Below are positions 27,502 through 36,285 of a stretch of 58,832 bases of DNA, in pieces. Position numbers and translations under genes: made by a program. Location: NCBI GenBank assembly GCA_043820855.1, contig JBDRDK010000001.1:1-58832 (forward strand). Direction: 5' to 3'. The stretch's first letter is position 1. Each line of letters begins with the position of its first letter. This stretch comes from a bacterium. Its GTDB lineage: Bacteria > Patescibacteriota > UBA1384 > JBDRDK01. The notes beneath the pieces are model-generated. The model did no database searches. It saw only the letters and a list, made by a program, of their open reading frames with translations, and was not told where the DNA came from.

Positions 27502-28469
27502 TGATTGCCGGCATAGAACTCAAAGAAATTCCCGAAGCTATAGATTTATTGTACTCTAAGCAGAATATTTTAATTTGTAATCCCAAAAAACCAGACGGTG
27601 ATAGTATGGGTTCTGCGATAGCATTATATTTAAGTCTAAAAAAACTAAATAAGTGTGTCGAGCTGTATTGCCCTGATAAAATACCTAAAAAATTCAGTTA
27701 TTTATCCGGTATTAAACAGTTTCAACAAGAGCTTGACTCAAATAAATTCGATTTAATTATTACGCTAGATTTTGGTGACATCCGAGGCTTTGCATTGCCA
27801 AGTAACATTAAAAGTGACAATAGCTTGGTAATGTTAAATATCGATCACCATATAACTAATACACATTTTGGTGACTTAAATGTTGTTGATCCTTCTTCCG
27901 CAGCTTGTTGCGAAGTAGTATATTTTATTATTAAAGGTTTGGGAGTTAACTTTGACCGAGACATATCTACAGCATTATTAACTGGTCTGTCTACAGACAC
28001 TGGAAGTTTTCAGCATTCAAATACAAGTTCACGAGTTTTGAACATCGCTTCAATATTATTATCATATGGCGCGAAGCTCAAAAAGATTACATCTGAAGTT
28101 TACAACAACAAATCAGTCCCAGCACTAAAATTATGGGGTCTTGCATTAGAAAGATTACAATTTGATAAAAAACGAAAAATTTCATATTCAATTATTACCC
28201 AGGATGATTTTGATGCACTGCAGGCAAATCTATCAGATTTGGAGGGGGCTATAACACTATTATCAAATGTACCGGGTAGTAAGGCCACTATCCTTTTTTC
28301 TGAATACGATAATAAAATAAAAGGTAGTTTGCGAACTGAAGACGATAAGGTTGATGTTTCTAAGCTCGCTGGTTATCTGGGAGGCGGGGGACACAAAAAA
28401 GCTTCCGGTTTTACTTTAAGTGGGCAGATATTCTCAGCCCCAAAGGGCTGGAAAATTGTCTTAGTATAA
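27501..28469 (+). CDS. DHH/DHHA1 phosphoesterase (NrnA-like oligoribonuclease/pAp phosphatase)
   Basis: PDGDSMGS, LDFGD, NIDHHITN (DHH), STDTGSF, GGGGHKKASG (DHHA1). Confidence 0.85.
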   Translation: MIAGIELKEIPEAIDLLYSKQNILICNPKKPDGDSMGSAIALYLSLKKLNKCVELYCPDKIPKKFSYLSGIKQFQQELDSNKFDLIITLDFGDIRGFALPSNIKSDNSLVMLNIDHHITNTHFGDLNVVDPSSAACCEVVYFIIKGLGVNFDRDISTALLTGLSTDTGSFQHSNTSSRVLNIASILLSYGAKLKKITSEVYNNKSVPALKLWGLALERLQFDKKRKISYSIITQDDFDALQANLSDLEGAITLLSNVPGSKATILFSEYDNKIKGSLRTEDDKVDVSKLAGYLGGGGHKKASGFTLSGQIFSAPKGWKIVLV

Positions 28470-28563
28470 GGTATAATTATTTCGTGACTAGCGGCTAGTT
28501 ACTGGTTATTAGCAACTACATAAATTACTAACCACTAATAACTAATCACTGATAACTAAATAG

Positions 28564-28651
28564 GGGCGAGTGGCGGAACGGTAGACGCGTTGGACTTAAA
28601 ATCCAATGGGAATAATATCCCGTGAGAGTTCGATTCTCTCCTCGCCCACCA
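28564..28651 (+). tRNA. tRNA-Leu (anticodon UAA), class II, CCA encoded
   Basis: GGGCGAG...TTGGA CTTAAAA TCCAA, long variable arm, GAGAG TTCGATT CTCTC, CTCGCCC A CCA; D and T arms identical to tRNA-Leu(CAA). Confidence 0.9.
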
Positions 28652-28830
28652 CCCTACGCTTCCACCTACGCCACCCACTACGCCAAGGCTTCGAGGGGGT
28701 CAAGAAGGCTACGGCGGACGAGCCGGCGGACAAGAAAGCTTCGGGTGGCAGACCATCTTAGTGAACCAAACGAACCGTAAGAAGTATATAACCCGTAGCC
28801 TTACGCAGGGGTTACACACAATATTACGTA
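28652..28830 (+). repeat. GC-rich repeat block directly 3' of tRNA-Leu(UAA)
   Basis: CTACGC recurs at 28654, 28666 and 28678 (12-nt period); CGGCGGAC occurs twice (28712, 28723); there is a degenerate copy of the hairpin-1 motif, CCC-ACTACGCCAAGGCTTCGA-GGG. Confidence 0.5.
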
Positions 28831-28838
28831 TTTTGTTG

Positions 28839-28847
28839 TGTTATAAT
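28839..28847 (+). promoter_or_regulatory. extended -10 promoter (TGtTATAAT) 7 nt from the LysM gene ATG (leaderless candidate)
   Basis: TGTTATAAT at 28839-28847; ATG at 28855; no SD. Confidence 0.45.
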
Positions 28848-28854
28848 AAGAGAT

Positions 28855-29463
28855 ATGGCTCAAGATATAGAGTTAAAATTTGATGATGATAAAGATGAAT
28901 CTTCTCAAAAATTAAGCGTTGAAAGTGATACAAATCAAGACATTGCGAAATCAGTAAATCCTGATATCAAAAATGATCAACAAATTAAAGTCGGTATCTC
29001 AGAAACAGAGGTAAAAAAAGATACTCCAACACAAAAAAACTCGATATCTCCAGAAATAAATTCACAAAACAGTACGGTTGAGATTTCCGACGATACTGCT
29101 TACAAAACAGGTGTACTCGCTATAGGCGTTCCAGTATTATTATTTATGATAATTATGGGAGTAAGTACCCACAAACCTAGAGAAAAAAAAGAATCTAATA
29201 AATCAGAGATAAAAAATGAAGAGGTAATAGTTGAAACTGATGAAGCTGATTACACCCCAAACAATAAACAACTAGACAGTAGCATTACTAATGAACAAGG
29301 TTCTGGATTTGCTGATGGGGAGCTATACACGGTTAAACCGGGTGAAACATTATACGAAATAGGACTGGAGCTTGATTTGGATTGGAAAGTTATTGCGGAA
29401 ATTAATGGGATCGAACCCCCGTATGATTTAAGATCAGGACAAGAATTAGAGCTTCCTAAATAA
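28855..29463 (+). CDS. LysM-domain membrane protein
   Basis: Central TM (VLAIGVPVLLFMIIMGV); C-terminal LysM YTVKPGETLYEIGLELDLDWKVIAEINGI...LRSGQELELP. Confidence 0.8.
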   Translation: MAQDIELKFDDDKDESSQKLSVESDTNQDIAKSVNPDIKNDQQIKVGISETEVKKDTPTQKNSISPEINSQNSTVEISDDTAYKTGVLAIGVPVLLFMIIMGVSTHKPREKKESNKSEIKNEEVIVETDEADYTPNNKQLDSSITNEQGSGFADGELYTVKPGETLYEIGLELDLDWKVIAEINGIEPPYDLRSGQELELPK

Positions 29464-29498
29464 AAGAATATAATATATAGATATCTAATAAATTGGGC

Positions 29499-29527
29499 TT
29501 GACAAAAGCTCTTTTTTGTTATACACT
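29499..29527 (+). promoter_or_regulatory. sigma70-type promoter
   Basis: TTGACA (29499-29504), 17-nt spacer, TACACT (29522-29527). Confidence 0.5.
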
Positions 29528-29718
29528 GTAATGTTTAAAAAAATACTATCTCAAAAAAAGCAGGGATTTAGCTGGGAGTTAGGAGATATTCGGTGGTGGA
29601 CGAGAGTCGGGTTATATTAAGAACTTCAGTCTATCGACTGCATCATCTAACTACCTTTTTCCTGGCTAAATCTTTGCCTTTTTTGAAAAATCTGAAAAAA
29701 ACCCGAAGGAGGAAAATC

Positions 29719-30897
29719 ATGAGGCAGAGCATCTTTGTATTTTTAACAATTGTGTGTCTTCTTGTGCCAAGTCAGGTAATGGCGTTAGGCGAGGAAGATA
29801 TTCTCAACATTTTGAACGGTGCCAGCACATTGTCCGGCACTGGTCGGGATTGGACTGGCACTGGAGCAGTATTTGCTCCACCGGTACTCGTCGATCACTC
29901 AGGAATTCCGACTATAGGCTCATTTCATGAGCTGAATACCGGAGAGTCGGCAGAAATCCATTTATTCATTGGAGACCCTGAAAACCGGGCACGGTGGGTA
30001 GAATGGGAGGCAACGAATTTGGAGGGTACCATAGTGGATTCTGGCGAGATCGACTGTTTGGATATGACTTTGGCTCGAATCCCAATTCGTTTTGAACAGC
30101 CCGGACTTTATTACATGGCGTTTTATTTAACGTCAAAAGTCCGAGGACAGCAACGCTTTATATTCTCCTGGAACGAAGCGATTCAAAGAAACACTGACGT
30201 TAGCCAGATGTTGATAACTGTATCAGAGAACTCGAGTGTCCGAAATAGTGATTTAAATAATTCGGAAAATACGGCTAACGATGGTGCGGGATTGTATTTG
30301 GTTAATTCGGGAGTAAACTTTGGAAGCTTACCGAGATATTTCGTTGGTGGAATATCAAACTTTCAGATTTGGTCAGAAATGCCAACCAACTGGACGGTTT
30401 ACGGTCCAAACGGAATCCAGAGTTTTACAAATGAAGTATTTTTAAATTTGACCATTGATCAACCCGGTTACTATCGATTTCAGACAGATCGCGACAGCAT
30501 GGAGATCTATGTTTCGTCAGGAGCTTCTCGGTCTCATGCAATATCGGATTCGCGTATATGTGCCGATACGTCTGAAGGTTTAATAAGTATTTCGCTTTCA
30601 GCTCATGCTGAAGCATATGCTGAATCCAACCCTATGTTTATTATAGGAATTGGAGAAACTGTCAGAGAGGAGATTGATAATTCGAGAGCGAATTGGAGTA
30701 ATTATTATCCAATCAACGCTCGGATGTTCAGGGTTGGTATTCCCCAAAATCAACTGATACGCTGGTATTGGGACGAGGGTACTTGTCCACAGGTAGACCC
30801 GACATGTGGTCTGCCCCCAAGCGATTGGGGATGGGAACCACCGGTTCCGCCCCCCCCTTCGGATTCGTGGTCGCCGGAAGTACCTCCGATACCGTAA
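29719..30897 (+). CDS. secreted hypothetical protein, compositionally atypical (GC-richer), Pro-rich C-terminus
   Basis: SD GGAGGA is 6 nt before the ATG at 29719. Signal peptide MRQSIFVFLTIVCLLVPSQVMA. Internal repeat ...EQPGLYYMAF / ...DQPGYYRFQT. I consider the track start at 29593 (GTG) less likely. Confidence 0.7.
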   Translation: MRQSIFVFLTIVCLLVPSQVMALGEEDILNILNGASTLSGTGRDWTGTGAVFAPPVLVDHSGIPTIGSFHELNTGESAEIHLFIGDPENRARWVEWEATNLEGTIVDSGEIDCLDMTLARIPIRFEQPGLYYMAFYLTSKVRGQQRFIFSWNEAIQRNTDVSQMLITVSENSSVRNSDLNNSENTANDGAGLYLVNSGVNFGSLPRYFVGGISNFQIWSEMPTNWTVYGPNGIQSFTNEVFLNLTIDQPGYYRFQTDRDSMEIYVSSGASRSHAISDSRICADTSEGLISISLSAHAEAYAESNPMFIIGIGETVREEIDNSRANWSNYYPINARMFRVGIPQNQLIRWYWDEGTCPQVDPTCGLPPSDWGWEPPVPPPPSDSWSPEVPPIP

Positions 30898-30911
30898 AAT
30901 ATTTCAACTTC

Positions 30912-30950
30912 ATAAACCCGTATGATTCAGTTCATGCGGGTTTATTTTTA
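30912..30950 (+). terminator. intrinsic terminator
   Basis: ATAAACCCG...CGGGTTTAT with inner TATGA/TCATG pairing, followed by TTTTT. Confidence 0.8.
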
Positions 30951-31023
30951 TCAAAAAACTTGACAAATTATCATATCTCTGATAGTTTATAAAGTTAAAT
31001 TAATTATAAAATTGAGGAGTGAA

Positions 31024-32934
31024 ATGTTAGATTTACTTAGAAATATTAGTTGGGACTGGTCTCAAGGGATAAAAGATTATTCTAATCATCTTAAGAGTCA
31101 AGTCCAATCCAAAGCTTTTCGCAATCTGTCAGTGCTTGCAATAGCTTTTTTTGTGTTTGTACAAGCTTTGGTTCCTGGTAGTGCTAGTGCTTTAAATCCA
31201 AAGTTCAATTTTATGACCGGAGATTATGAACTTTTACGAGGTGCTAACTCTACTGCCGGGGAACAAAATTGGCATGATCCAATATCTGGCAAAATCGGTG
31301 ATGTTATTTCCTGGAATGTGTATTATCATAACGGCGTTGAACAAACAGTAGCTCACAATACTACAATACAAGTCCAACTTCCCGTTGAATCTAGTACTCA
31401 ATTACAACTACAAGGAAAATTATGGGCTGATAACGCTGACCTGGTAACTGATACGGGTATTGTTAATTTAACTGCAGCCGGTAAAATTCGCTATATTCCC
31501 AACTCAACACTTTGGTATCCGAATCGATCTACAACTCCTCAGAGTTTATCTGATGGAATTACTGAAGCGGGAGTAAACCTAGGTGATATTATAGGTTGTT
31601 GGCCATATGCCGGATTCGTAGTATTTCAAACCGAAATAGTATCTTCTGTAGTTTCTATTGATATTGATAAAAAAGTCGGAAATTCCAGCGAAGATCCACA
31701 TACGCAAAACTGGTATAAGGAAAATACTGCGAAACCTAATCAAACATTGGCTTATCGATTACATATAAAGAATACTGGTAACGATACTATCCAAAATTTA
31801 AAAGTTCGAGACATCTTACCAGAAAATGTAAGCTATCTAACTGGTACTACCAAAGCTTATACCAGTGAAACTGGTGCTATTGGTCAAACATTACCTGATG
31901 GTATAGTATCTAGCTCCGGAATTAATCTAGGTACATACGAACCAGGTGATGTAAATTCTGGCTTTATTGTATTTCAAGTTAAAGTTGCAAATCTTACAAA
32001 TCCCGGAACTTATACACTTACAAATACTGCCGAATCTTGGGCAGATAATGTTGCTAAAAAACAAAGTACAGCAACTACTATAGTAAATGTAGGAGCTGCA
32101 GAAATCCAAAAATCTAAAACTGCTTTTAATCAAAATCAAAACCAAGACGCAACTAAAGTAGTTGCCAAAGCAGGGGATATAATTAATTACAATTTATGGA
32201 CTAAAAATAACGGTAAAGCAGTTGCAAAAAATTTTGTAGTAAATGATGATATTACTGATATTTTAGAATATGCAGATATAACTAATATGTATGGTGGAGT
32301 GATGAATGGTAAAACCATCACATATCCAGCAGAAGATATATTAGCTGGTAAAACTATTAATAAAACATTCACAACAAAAGTAAAAAGCCCTATCCCTTCC
32401 AATCCTCAAACAGGTAAATCCTTTGATTTCAAAATGGAAAACATCTATGGTAACTCTATAATTGTCAACATCTTTAAATCTCAAATAGGTTATCATTTCG
32501 ATAAAAAAGTTCGAAATGTTAGCCGAGGTCAAGCTAATTTTGTTGAAAAAGTTGAAGCTACATATGGTGAAGAATTGGAATACAAAATTGATGTAGCTAA
32601 TACAGGAAATACTGCCTTAACCAATGTATTGCTTTGGGACAAACTACCTCAATATCAAAAATTGATTTCAGGTAGTGTTAAATTTTACGGACCAAATGGT
32701 GGATCCTTACAACTAGATGACAGTATTGTTGGTACTGGCGTACAATTACAAAACTTTAATGCTGGATTAAGTGGTTATATTGTATTCAAAATTCGAATAG
32801 CTTCATGTCCTCCAGCTGGTTCATACGATTTAATCAATACTGCATATGCAAATACTCATGAAATTGGTCAAATTACTGATACTGCTCAAATTCACTTAAC
32901 AGTATATCCACCAATAGAACCACCAATTAAATAA
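31024..32934 (+). CDS. secreted repeat-domain (DUF11-like) surface protein
   Basis: SD GAGGAG sits before the ATG at 31024. Signal-anchor ends in ...PGSASA. Repeats of the type HIKNTGNDTIQNLKVRDILPENVSY and DVANTGNTALTNVLLWDKLPQ. The N-terminal module is paralogous to the next gene. Confidence 0.75.
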   Translation: MLDLLRNISWDWSQGIKDYSNHLKSQVQSKAFRNLSVLAIAFFVFVQALVPGSASALNPKFNFMTGDYELLRGANSTAGEQNWHDPISGKIGDVISWNVYYHNGVEQTVAHNTTIQVQLPVESSTQLQLQGKLWADNADLVTDTGIVNLTAAGKIRYIPNSTLWYPNRSTTPQSLSDGITEAGVNLGDIIGCWPYAGFVVFQTEIVSSVVSIDIDKKVGNSSEDPHTQNWYKENTAKPNQTLAYRLHIKNTGNDTIQNLKVRDILPENVSYLTGTTKAYTSETGAIGQTLPDGIVSSSGINLGTYEPGDVNSGFIVFQVKVANLTNPGTYTLTNTAESWADNVAKKQSTATTIVNVGAAEIQKSKTAFNQNQNQDATKVVAKAGDIINYNLWTKNNGKAVAKNFVVNDDITDILEYADITNMYGGVMNGKTITYPAEDILAGKTINKTFTTKVKSPIPSNPQTGKSFDFKMENIYGNSIIVNIFKSQIGYHFDKKVRNVSRGQANFVEKVEATYGEELEYKIDVANTGNTALTNVLLWDKLPQYQKLISGSVKFYGPNGGSLQLDDSIVGTGVQLQNFNAGLSGYIVFKIRIASCPPAGSYDLINTAYANTHEIGQITDTAQIHLTVYPPIEPPIK

Positions 32935-32953
32935 TTGAATAAAGAATACTAAT

Positions 32954-34087
32954 ATGAAAAATATTTATAAATATTTACTAACTTTTTTAAGTATATTTGT
33001 TGTTAGTTTTAGCATAAGCTCAGCTTTTGCTACTGGAGATATGCCGATTTTCAATTATTTAAACGGTGATTATAAAACTCTTCGTGGAGCTAATTTAACT
33101 CAAGGTGAAAAAAACTGGCACGATCCAGTAAATGCTAATCTTGGAGATATAATTAATTGGAATGTGTATTTACATAACGGCGTGGAAGGTACAACTGCTC
33201 ATAATGTAAAGGTTCAGGTAGAATTACCTCAAACTGAAACTGCCAGTCATAAACTACAAGCCAATATTCAATCTGACAATACAAAGATTTTTACTGACTC
33301 TGCTACACTTATTACATCTGGAGATTCTAAATTGAATTACATCTCTGGTAGTACAGAGCTTTGGGACAGAAATGGCCACAAAGTTAAAGATTTACCAGAT
33401 GGAATAGTAGAAAATACCGGAATTAATATTGGTGATATTCAGGGATGTTGGCCATACGCAGTATTTATCGTGTTTAAAACTAACACTTCGATTACGCCAA
33501 AGGGTTATGTAGATATATATAAATCAGTACGAAATATTCAAAAAAACGAACAATTTTCTAGCTCGACTGTGGCTAAAACTACGGACAAACTTGAGTATCA
33601 GATTATTATTGAAAACAATACGAATCATCGAGTTGATTTTAAAATAATTGATCATTTACCAGAATTTGTTAATTATATTCAAGATTCATTAATTGCTGAA
33701 TTTAACAATAATCACGTAAATATATACGAAACTCAAAGCGAATTATTTGACACTTACAAACAACTTCACTTAGAAGTCGGAAAGGTTTTAAGATTAACCT
33801 TCAGTGTAGATATAAAAACCTCTACTCCAGTTGGTACAATTTTTACCAATACAGTAGACTTGATAACTCCAGATGATTTTATGAACGCCAAAGCTAGCAC
33901 AACTGTTGTATCTATTCCAGTACTTGGTAAGATTGGTGAGGTTTTAGGTGCAAGTACATTACCGGTTACTGGTAATCCTATTACGGTATCTTTAGCATTA
34001 GCTTTTGCAGCTACTTGCGTTTACTATACTATCAAGGAAAGAAATTTATTCGAACTAGACCTTAGAAAAGTTCGAGTTTTGCACTGA
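32954..34087 (+). CDS. LPXTG-type (LPVTG) sortase-anchored surface protein, paralog of the preceding gene
   Basis: Signal peptide ...SISSAFATG. N-terminal module matches the upstream gene (NGDYKTLRGANLTQGEKNWHDPVN...). Sorting signal is LPVTG (33959-33973) followed by a hydrophobic stretch and a KERN...RKVR tail. Confidence 0.8.
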   Translation: MKNIYKYLLTFLSIFVVSFSISSAFATGDMPIFNYLNGDYKTLRGANLTQGEKNWHDPVNANLGDIINWNVYLHNGVEGTTAHNVKVQVELPQTETASHKLQANIQSDNTKIFTDSATLITSGDSKLNYISGSTELWDRNGHKVKDLPDGIVENTGINIGDIQGCWPYAVFIVFKTNTSITPKGYVDIYKSVRNIQKNEQFSSSTVAKTTDKLEYQIIIENNTNHRVDFKIIDHLPEFVNYIQDSLIAEFNNNHVNIYETQSELFDTYKQLHLEVGKVLRLTFSVDIKTSTPVGTIFTNTVDLITPDDFMNAKASTTVVSIPVLGKIGEVLGASTLPVTGNPITVSLALAFAATCVYYTIKERNLFELDLRKVRVLH

Positions 34088-34113
34088 AATAAAAATTAGA
34101 AACTTGCTATAAT
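34085..34113 (+). promoter_or_regulatory. extended -10 promoter for prfB
   Basis: TGcTATAAT (34105-34113) with a weak -35 TGAAAT 17 nt upstream. Confidence 0.5.
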
Positions 34114-34146
34114 ATAATTGATTATATAAATCAAATAATTTTATAT

Positions 34147-35263
34147 ATGAAAAACATCAAAGAGATAATACAAGATACTAGACAAAGGTTTGTTGAGATA
34201 GAGAGGTTACTTTGACCCCGGTGGTCTAAATACGCAGATCTCTAAACTAGAAAAACAAACTCAAAAAGTTGATTTTTGGAAAGATCAAAAAAACGCAAAT
34301 AACGTTTTTGAAAAATTAAAAACCCTAAAAAGTCAGTTAAAAGATTTGACCTATATCTCCTCAGCATTAAAAGATATTGGATCTTTATCACAGTCAGATC
34401 AAGATTTAGCAGAATCAGAGCTTCTGACTGTAAGACAAAAAATAGAAAAATTAGAAAATACAGCATATTTTTCACAGGAATATGACGATGCAGGAGCTAT
34501 TTTAAGCCTTTCTTCGGGTACTGGGGGTGTAGATGCTCAAGACTGGACAGACATTTTACTAAGAATGTATTTAAAATATTGTCAAAAACAAAAGTATCAC
34601 CCAAAAATTATAAACAAAGTGACAGCCAGTGAAGCTGGTATAAAAAACGCCCTAGTAAATATACCCGATTTATACGCATATGGAAATTTAAAAAGTGAAA
34701 ACGGTGTGCACAGATTAGTTCGAATTAGTCCTTTTTCTAGTGGAAAATCCCGTGAAACTTCTTTTGCCTTAGTAGAGATAATCCCGATCCTACCCGAATC
34801 TCAGCAGATCAATGTTCGTGATGAAGATATTAAAATTGATACTTATCGAGCTTCTGGTCACGGTGGACAGAGTGTAAATACAACTGATTCTGCGGTTAGG
34901 ATTACTCATATACCCACTGGAATTGTAGTAAGTTGTCAAAACGAAAGATCTCAACTTCAAAATAAACTTACAGCGTTAAGCATCCTAAGATCCAAAATAA
35001 CTCAACTTGAACAAGCGAATAAACGATCTCAAATAAATGAAATTAAAGGTAATGTCCAGGCTGCATGGGGAAATCAGATCAGATCTTATGTTATGCAACC
35101 ATATACCATGGTAAAAGATCATAGAACCGGTTATACTACATCTGATATTAAAAAAGTTTTAGACGGTAATATAGAAGATTTTATAAAATCCTATTTAAAA
35201 TACATAAATAAGCGCCCCACTACGCGCAAAGCTACGCGGGGCTTACCGGGCTCAGCTCGGTAG
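34147..35263 (+). CDS. prfB: peptide chain release factor 2, requires programmed +1 frameshift at 34210-34216
   Basis: Frame 0 reads MKNIKEIIQDTRQRFVEIERLL then TGA. The +1 frame continues DPGGLNTQISKLEKQ... and joins the track ORF at 34346. SPF (RISPFSS) and GGQ (SGHGGQSVN) motifs are present. Confidence 0.92.
34201..34216 (+). promoter_or_regulatory. RF2 autoregulatory +1 frameshift site
   Basis: GAGAGG (SD-like), TTA, then CTT TGA C; same spacing as the E. coli AGGGGG-TAT-CTT-TGA-C site. Confidence 0.85.
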
Positions 35264-35270
35264 CGGAGGT
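35211..35270 (+). repeat. GC-rich two-hairpin element, copy B, spanning the prfB 3' end and the ybaB SD
   Basis: AGCGCCCC-ACTACGCGCAAAGCTACGC-GGGGC-TTA-CCGGG-CTCAG-CTCGG-TAGCGGAGGTTAT-ATG; same 63-nt register to the ATG as copy A. Confidence 0.6.
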
Positions 35271-35273
35271 TAT

Positions 35274-35576
35274 ATGTTTGATAAGATGAAGGAATTATAT
35301 CAATTACAGAAAAAAGCAAGAGCGATTCAAAAAGAACTGAAGAACATCGAGGTTGAGGCAACTGCTTTGGACGACAGAATAAGAATTATTTTTAACGGTG
35401 AACAAAAAATTCAAAATTTAGAAATCGATTCTTCTTTATTTGAAGAAAGTAACAAAAAAACGGTTGAACAGGGATTGTTAAATGCAATACGAGAAGGTAT
35501 TGCTCGCTCCCAACAAATAGCAGCTGAAAAAATGAAAGACGTTGCGGGAGACTTAAATATTCCGGGCTTAAGTTAA
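35274..35576 (+). CDS. ybaB: YbaB/EbfC family nucleoid-associated protein
   Basis: MFDKMKELYQLQKKARAIQKELKNIEVEA...; about 100 aa, typical family size and N-terminal pattern. Confidence 0.8.
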   Translation: MFDKMKELYQLQKKARAIQKELKNIEVEATALDDRIRIIFNGEQKIQNLEIDSSLFEESNKKTVEQGLLNAIREGIARSQQIAAEKMKDVAGDLNIPGLS

Positions 35577-35578
35577 AT

Positions 35579-36184
35579 ATGAAAATAATAGTAGGTCTAG
35601 GAAATCCAGACAAAAAGTATCAAAACACACGCCATAATATCGGATTTAGATTTATTGAAAAACTGGCTGAGATGCCAGATATCTGTCCAGTTGATAAAAA
35701 GCTAAACTTCAAGGACAATAAGAAATTTCAATCCGAAATAGCAGAAACAAAAACCAATGGTGAAAAAATTGTATTAGTAAAGCCTCAGACGTATATGAAT
35801 GTATCAGGTACGGCAGTTCAAAAGATATTAGGTTATTATAAAGCAGAAAATACTGATTTAATTGTAATCAGCGACGACATAGATATTCCTATAGGTAGCT
35901 CGCGGATACGTTTAAATGGATCTAGCGGGGGACACAAGGGTATTCAAGATATTATACAATCCCTTGGTACTAATAATTTTATCCGGATTAAAATCGGTAT
36001 AAACACAATAGATACTGATATAGACCCTAAAAATAAGATCGACACCACGGGTTTTGTATTACAGCAGTTTCAAAAACGAGAGCTCGCAATAATAAAAAAA
36101 GTTGTAGATTCTACTATCGCGTTTTTAATTCCTTTTTTCGGATCAAAAAAGACAATAAAAGCTAAAACACTCCACTCGTTATAA
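35579..36184 (+). CDS. pth: peptidyl-tRNA hydrolase
   Basis: MKIIVGLGNPDKKYQNTRHNIGF, YMNVSG, HKGIQDI. Confidence 0.92.
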   Translation: MKIIVGLGNPDKKYQNTRHNIGFRFIEKLAEMPDICPVDKKLNFKDNKKFQSEIAETKTNGEKIVLVKPQTYMNVSGTAVQKILGYYKAENTDLIVISDDIDIPIGSSRIRLNGSSGGHKGIQDIIQSLGTNNFIRIKIGINTIDTDIDPKNKIDTTGFVLQQFQKRELAIIKKVVDSTIAFLIPFFGSKKTIKAKTLHSL

Positions 36185-36285
36185 GCTCGACTCTTGATTT
36201 TAATATAGAAATACGGTATTATAAATATTATTTAATAAAAAGTGGGAGCCAATAATATTGGCATATTGACCACAAGGGGATCAAA

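Noticed and set aside
28654-28689. CRISPR array.
   Set aside because: There are only three 12-nt-periodic units without spacers of CRISPR size. No repeats of 24-48 nt with unique spacers occur anywhere in the window, and no cas genes are present.
29593-29718. GTG start at 29593, which adds 42 residues in front of the signal peptide.
   Set aside because: The ATG at 29719 has a GGAGGA SD and yields a canonical signal peptide at the N-terminus.
29534-29718. A known riboswitch in the long leader of the secreted-protein gene.
   Set aside because: I recognised no conserved core of the TPP, SAM, FMN, c-di-GMP, preQ1, fluoride, guanidine or ZTP classes by eye. A covariance-model scan is needed.
28652-34100. 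Integrated mobile element or prophage at tRNA-Leu(UAA).
   Set aside because: No integrase, recombinase, phage or transposase gene is present, and no direct repeat of the tRNA 3' end was seen downstream. Only compositional and repeat hints exist, and these are reported as findings at modest interest.
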